Shown here: piece after piece, positions 34,402 to 36,421 of the stretch | Layout: the number at the start of each line of letters is the position of its first letter | Position numbering within the stretch: the stretch's first letter is position 1 | Virus record (IMG/VR): IMGVR_UViG_3300020045_008977 | Coordinates: 1-36,421 of that record | Origin: a virus | Lineage: Duplodnaviria; Caudoviricetes | Direction: 5' to 3' (one strand) | Length of the DNA: 36,421 nucleotides | The notes under the pieces: model-generated | What the model was told of the DNA's origin: nothing | Seen by the model: the letters and a program-made list of their open reading frames with translations, nothing else | Database searches by the model: none | Made by a program: the position numbers and the translations under genes

Positions 34402-36421
34402 TTACCTCTTAACCAGCGCGCGTTCTGCTATAAATAAATCTCCATTCTGTGAGGCATTCCAGAGCATATTAAATAAATCCTCTTTAGCTATTGGAGGAAG
34501 CTGACGAACTCCCCCGCCCGCGCCTGAACCGTTTCCGATTGCCTGCAATATGTTCGCCATTTGATCAGCATTGCTGACAAGCTCTGTCCCGCCGTCTCCG
34601 GCGATAATCTGCGTTCCCTGTGCACTTCCCGGGATAATACCGCCTGAAGCAAATTTCGGGGGCTGTGGTCTGCTTGCTTCAACCGCTGCAAATTGCGCTC
34701 CCGCTGCAACACCCGCGGTAACACCCATCCCAATCATAAAACCAGGCTGTAAAAACCATGGAGCCTGCGCGCCTGAGGCAATGGCATTCATGATAGAAAG
34801 CGGAATCTGAATGGCTGCAATTGCCCTTTGAAATTCCCAAGTCCTGAGAGCGTTTTCATATTCAAGTTTAGCTTTCTCTTTCTGGTATTTAGCTTCAATC
34901 TGAGATTTAACCAGAGCGCGTCTTTTTTCCTCTATCGCTAAAGCGTCACCCGTTGCAACCGCGGCATCATATTCCCTTTGAGCCTGTTCAACCTGAGTTT
35001 CCTCTGATACTCCGGCAGCTTCCAGTTCAGCTTCCATTTGAGCATCAAGGGAATCAATATCAGCCTGAGCCCGGGCAGAATATAGATTCTGAAAAGCAGA
35101 AAGAAGCCCTGTAATAGCTGTCCCGGCCTGCTGATAATATGAATTAGTAGCGTTAATCCTTTCGGCTGTCGATTTCCACTCAGCATCTGCAATTTTATCA
35201 AGGTAAATCCCTTCAACAATCGCGGTATCTTCAGCAAGTTTCTGCTTGTCCCTCTGAAATTTCCGGAGGTCTTCGAGTCTTCTATCAAGTTCTTCTTGAA
35301 GTCTTTGACTTTCTGTGAGTAAATTTTCACTTTCAAAATCTGAAGTTTCTTTTAAGACTCTTATTCTTTCAGCTGCCCACTTTTTACCAGCTTCTTCCTG
35401 TTTGGCCTTTGTTTTAACATCTTCTGCAGCGAGACCTTGCGCGGCTAATACCCTTTGTTGCTCAATATCAAGCTGACCTTTGTTTAAAAAGTCATATTGT
35501 TTAAGCGCGTCAATCTGCTGATTTAAATGAGCAATTTGTTTAACATTCCAAGAGGCGCCTTTTGCTAAATGTTCATTGCCACTTTGAACTCGTTCTCCAT
35601 ATTCTTTTATGGCATCAGCTTTTTTTCGTTCAAGTTCTAATATCTGCCCATCTGTAGTATATTGCTTTTCAAACTCATCATTAAGCCCTGCAAGAAGAGA
35701 GGTAAACCCGGAAGCCAGTTCTGCCATTGCCATTCCCGCACCGCGTAAAACAGTATCAAGAATACCTCCCTCTTTTGTAGCCCGGTTAAGCTCATCAACA
35801 AGACCTTTAAGCTCTACGCTTGCAAGGTCTCCCATTATGGTTAGAGATTTGTCAAGATTATCGTTAAAGTTAGACCATTTACCGGCCAGAGTTTTAGACT
35901 GTGAATCCATCAACCCGGCAAATTTACCACCCTCTTTAGTAAGGTTTTTAAATACCTGTTCAAGCGCGCCGAATTGGATCTTTCCCTCTGAACCCATCTT
36001 TTTAATCTGGGAAGCATCGACATTTAAAACTTTACCAAGCTCTTCAAAAATTGGAATTCCGCGGCCTGCAAGCTGATTCAAATCCTCTGCATAAAGTGTC
36101 TGCTGTACGCGAGCCTTCCCATATATCTCTACAAGTTCACCAAGTGGAATTGATAAACCGGCTGCAACATCTCCGATACGTCCCAGGGTTCCCGTGACAT
36201 TTCCTGCAGTCTCGCCAAAGGCAATAAGCTTCTTCGATGCGTCCACAACCTCACTGAGCTGAAAGGGAGTGGAAGCTGCGAACTCAGCAAGGTCTTTAAT
36301 AAGTGCTTGCGCAGCTGCGGCACTTCCAAGCATAGTGGTAAAAGCAACTCGCTGCTGTTCCATTCCGGCTGATGCGGAAATGGCAGCTTTACCGATACCA
36401 AGCATTGATTCTGCTATTTTA
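34402..36421 (-). CDS. Tape measure protein, main part (frame open to window end)
   Basis: FAASTPF, LGRIGDVAAG, EDLNQLAGRGIP tape-measure domain; C-term FASGGIIPG. Confidence 0.93.
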   Translation of the reverse strand, partial: KIAESMLGIGKAAISASAGMEQQRVAFTTMLGSAAAAQALIKDLAEFAASTPFQLSEVVDASKKLIAFGETAGNVTGTLGRIGDVAAGLSIPLGELVEIYGKARVQQTLYAEDLNQLAGRGIPIFEELGKVLNVDASQIKKMGSEGKIQFGALEQVFKNLTKEGGKFAGLMDSQSKTLAGKWSNFNDNLDKSLTIMGDLASVELKGLVDELNRATKEGGILDTVLRGAGMAMAELASGFTSLLAGLNDEFEKQYTTDGQILELERKKADAIKEYGERVQSGNEHLAKGASWNVKQIAHLNQQIDALKQYDFLNKGQLDIEQQRVLAAQGLAAEDVKTKAKQEEAGKKWAAERIRVLKETSDFESENLLTESQRLQEELDRRLEDLRKFQRDKQKLAEDTAIVEGIYLDKIADAEWKSTAERINATNSYYQQAGTAITGLLSAFQNLYSARAQADIDSLDAQMEAELEAAGVSEETQVEQAQREYDAAVATGDALAIEEKRRALVKSQIEAKYQKEKAKLEYENALRTWEFQRAIAAIQIPLSIMNAIASGAQAPWFLQPGFMIGMGVTAGVAAGAQFAAVEASRPQPPKFASGGIIPGSAQGTQIIAGDGGTELVSNADQMANILQAIGNGSGAGGGVRQLPPIAKEDLFNMLWNASQNGDLFIAERALVKR

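Noticed and set aside
1-36421. Stop-codon reassignment
   Set aside because: Core genes are intact in the standard code, and TAA, TAG and TGA all end genes at sensible positions.

Overview
The window is an apparently near-complete, AT-rich, long-tailed (siphovirus-type) dsDNA phage genome, opened inside the tape-measure gene (N-terminus at 1-148, remainder at 34402-36421, minus strand). The minus strand carries the morphogenesis arm: terS, terL, SPP1-type portal, gp7/MuF-like head protein, scaffold, P22-coat-like capsid, neck, major tail, frameshifting tail chaperone, tape measure, tail-tip genes and two small membrane genes. It also carries a short leftward early operon (13.4 to 11.8 kb). The plus strand (13.6-28.5 kb) carries Bet/Exo recombination, an SSB-like gene, a DNA methyltransferase, a replication initiator, DnaB helicase, RusA-like and GNAT genes, and many small ORFs. 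I found no integrase, CI-type repressor, partition system or classical endolysin. Main observations: (1) five small genes at 27.0-28.6 kb are each bounded by directly oriented 28-29 bp sites built like Xer/dif recombination sites, forming an integron-like cassette array with no phage recombinase; (2) two promoter-proximal RNA leaders share one architecture, with a compensated 7-nt loop-bulge pairing into a terminator; (3) an unannotated 58-aa 2[4Fe-4S] ferredoxin; (4) a tRNA-shaped ncRNA with an expanded anticodon arm; (5) a duplicated tail gene split by a 7-bp tandem duplication; (6) a terL that must start at a non-ATG codon. All calls come from reading motifs by eye; no database searches were run.
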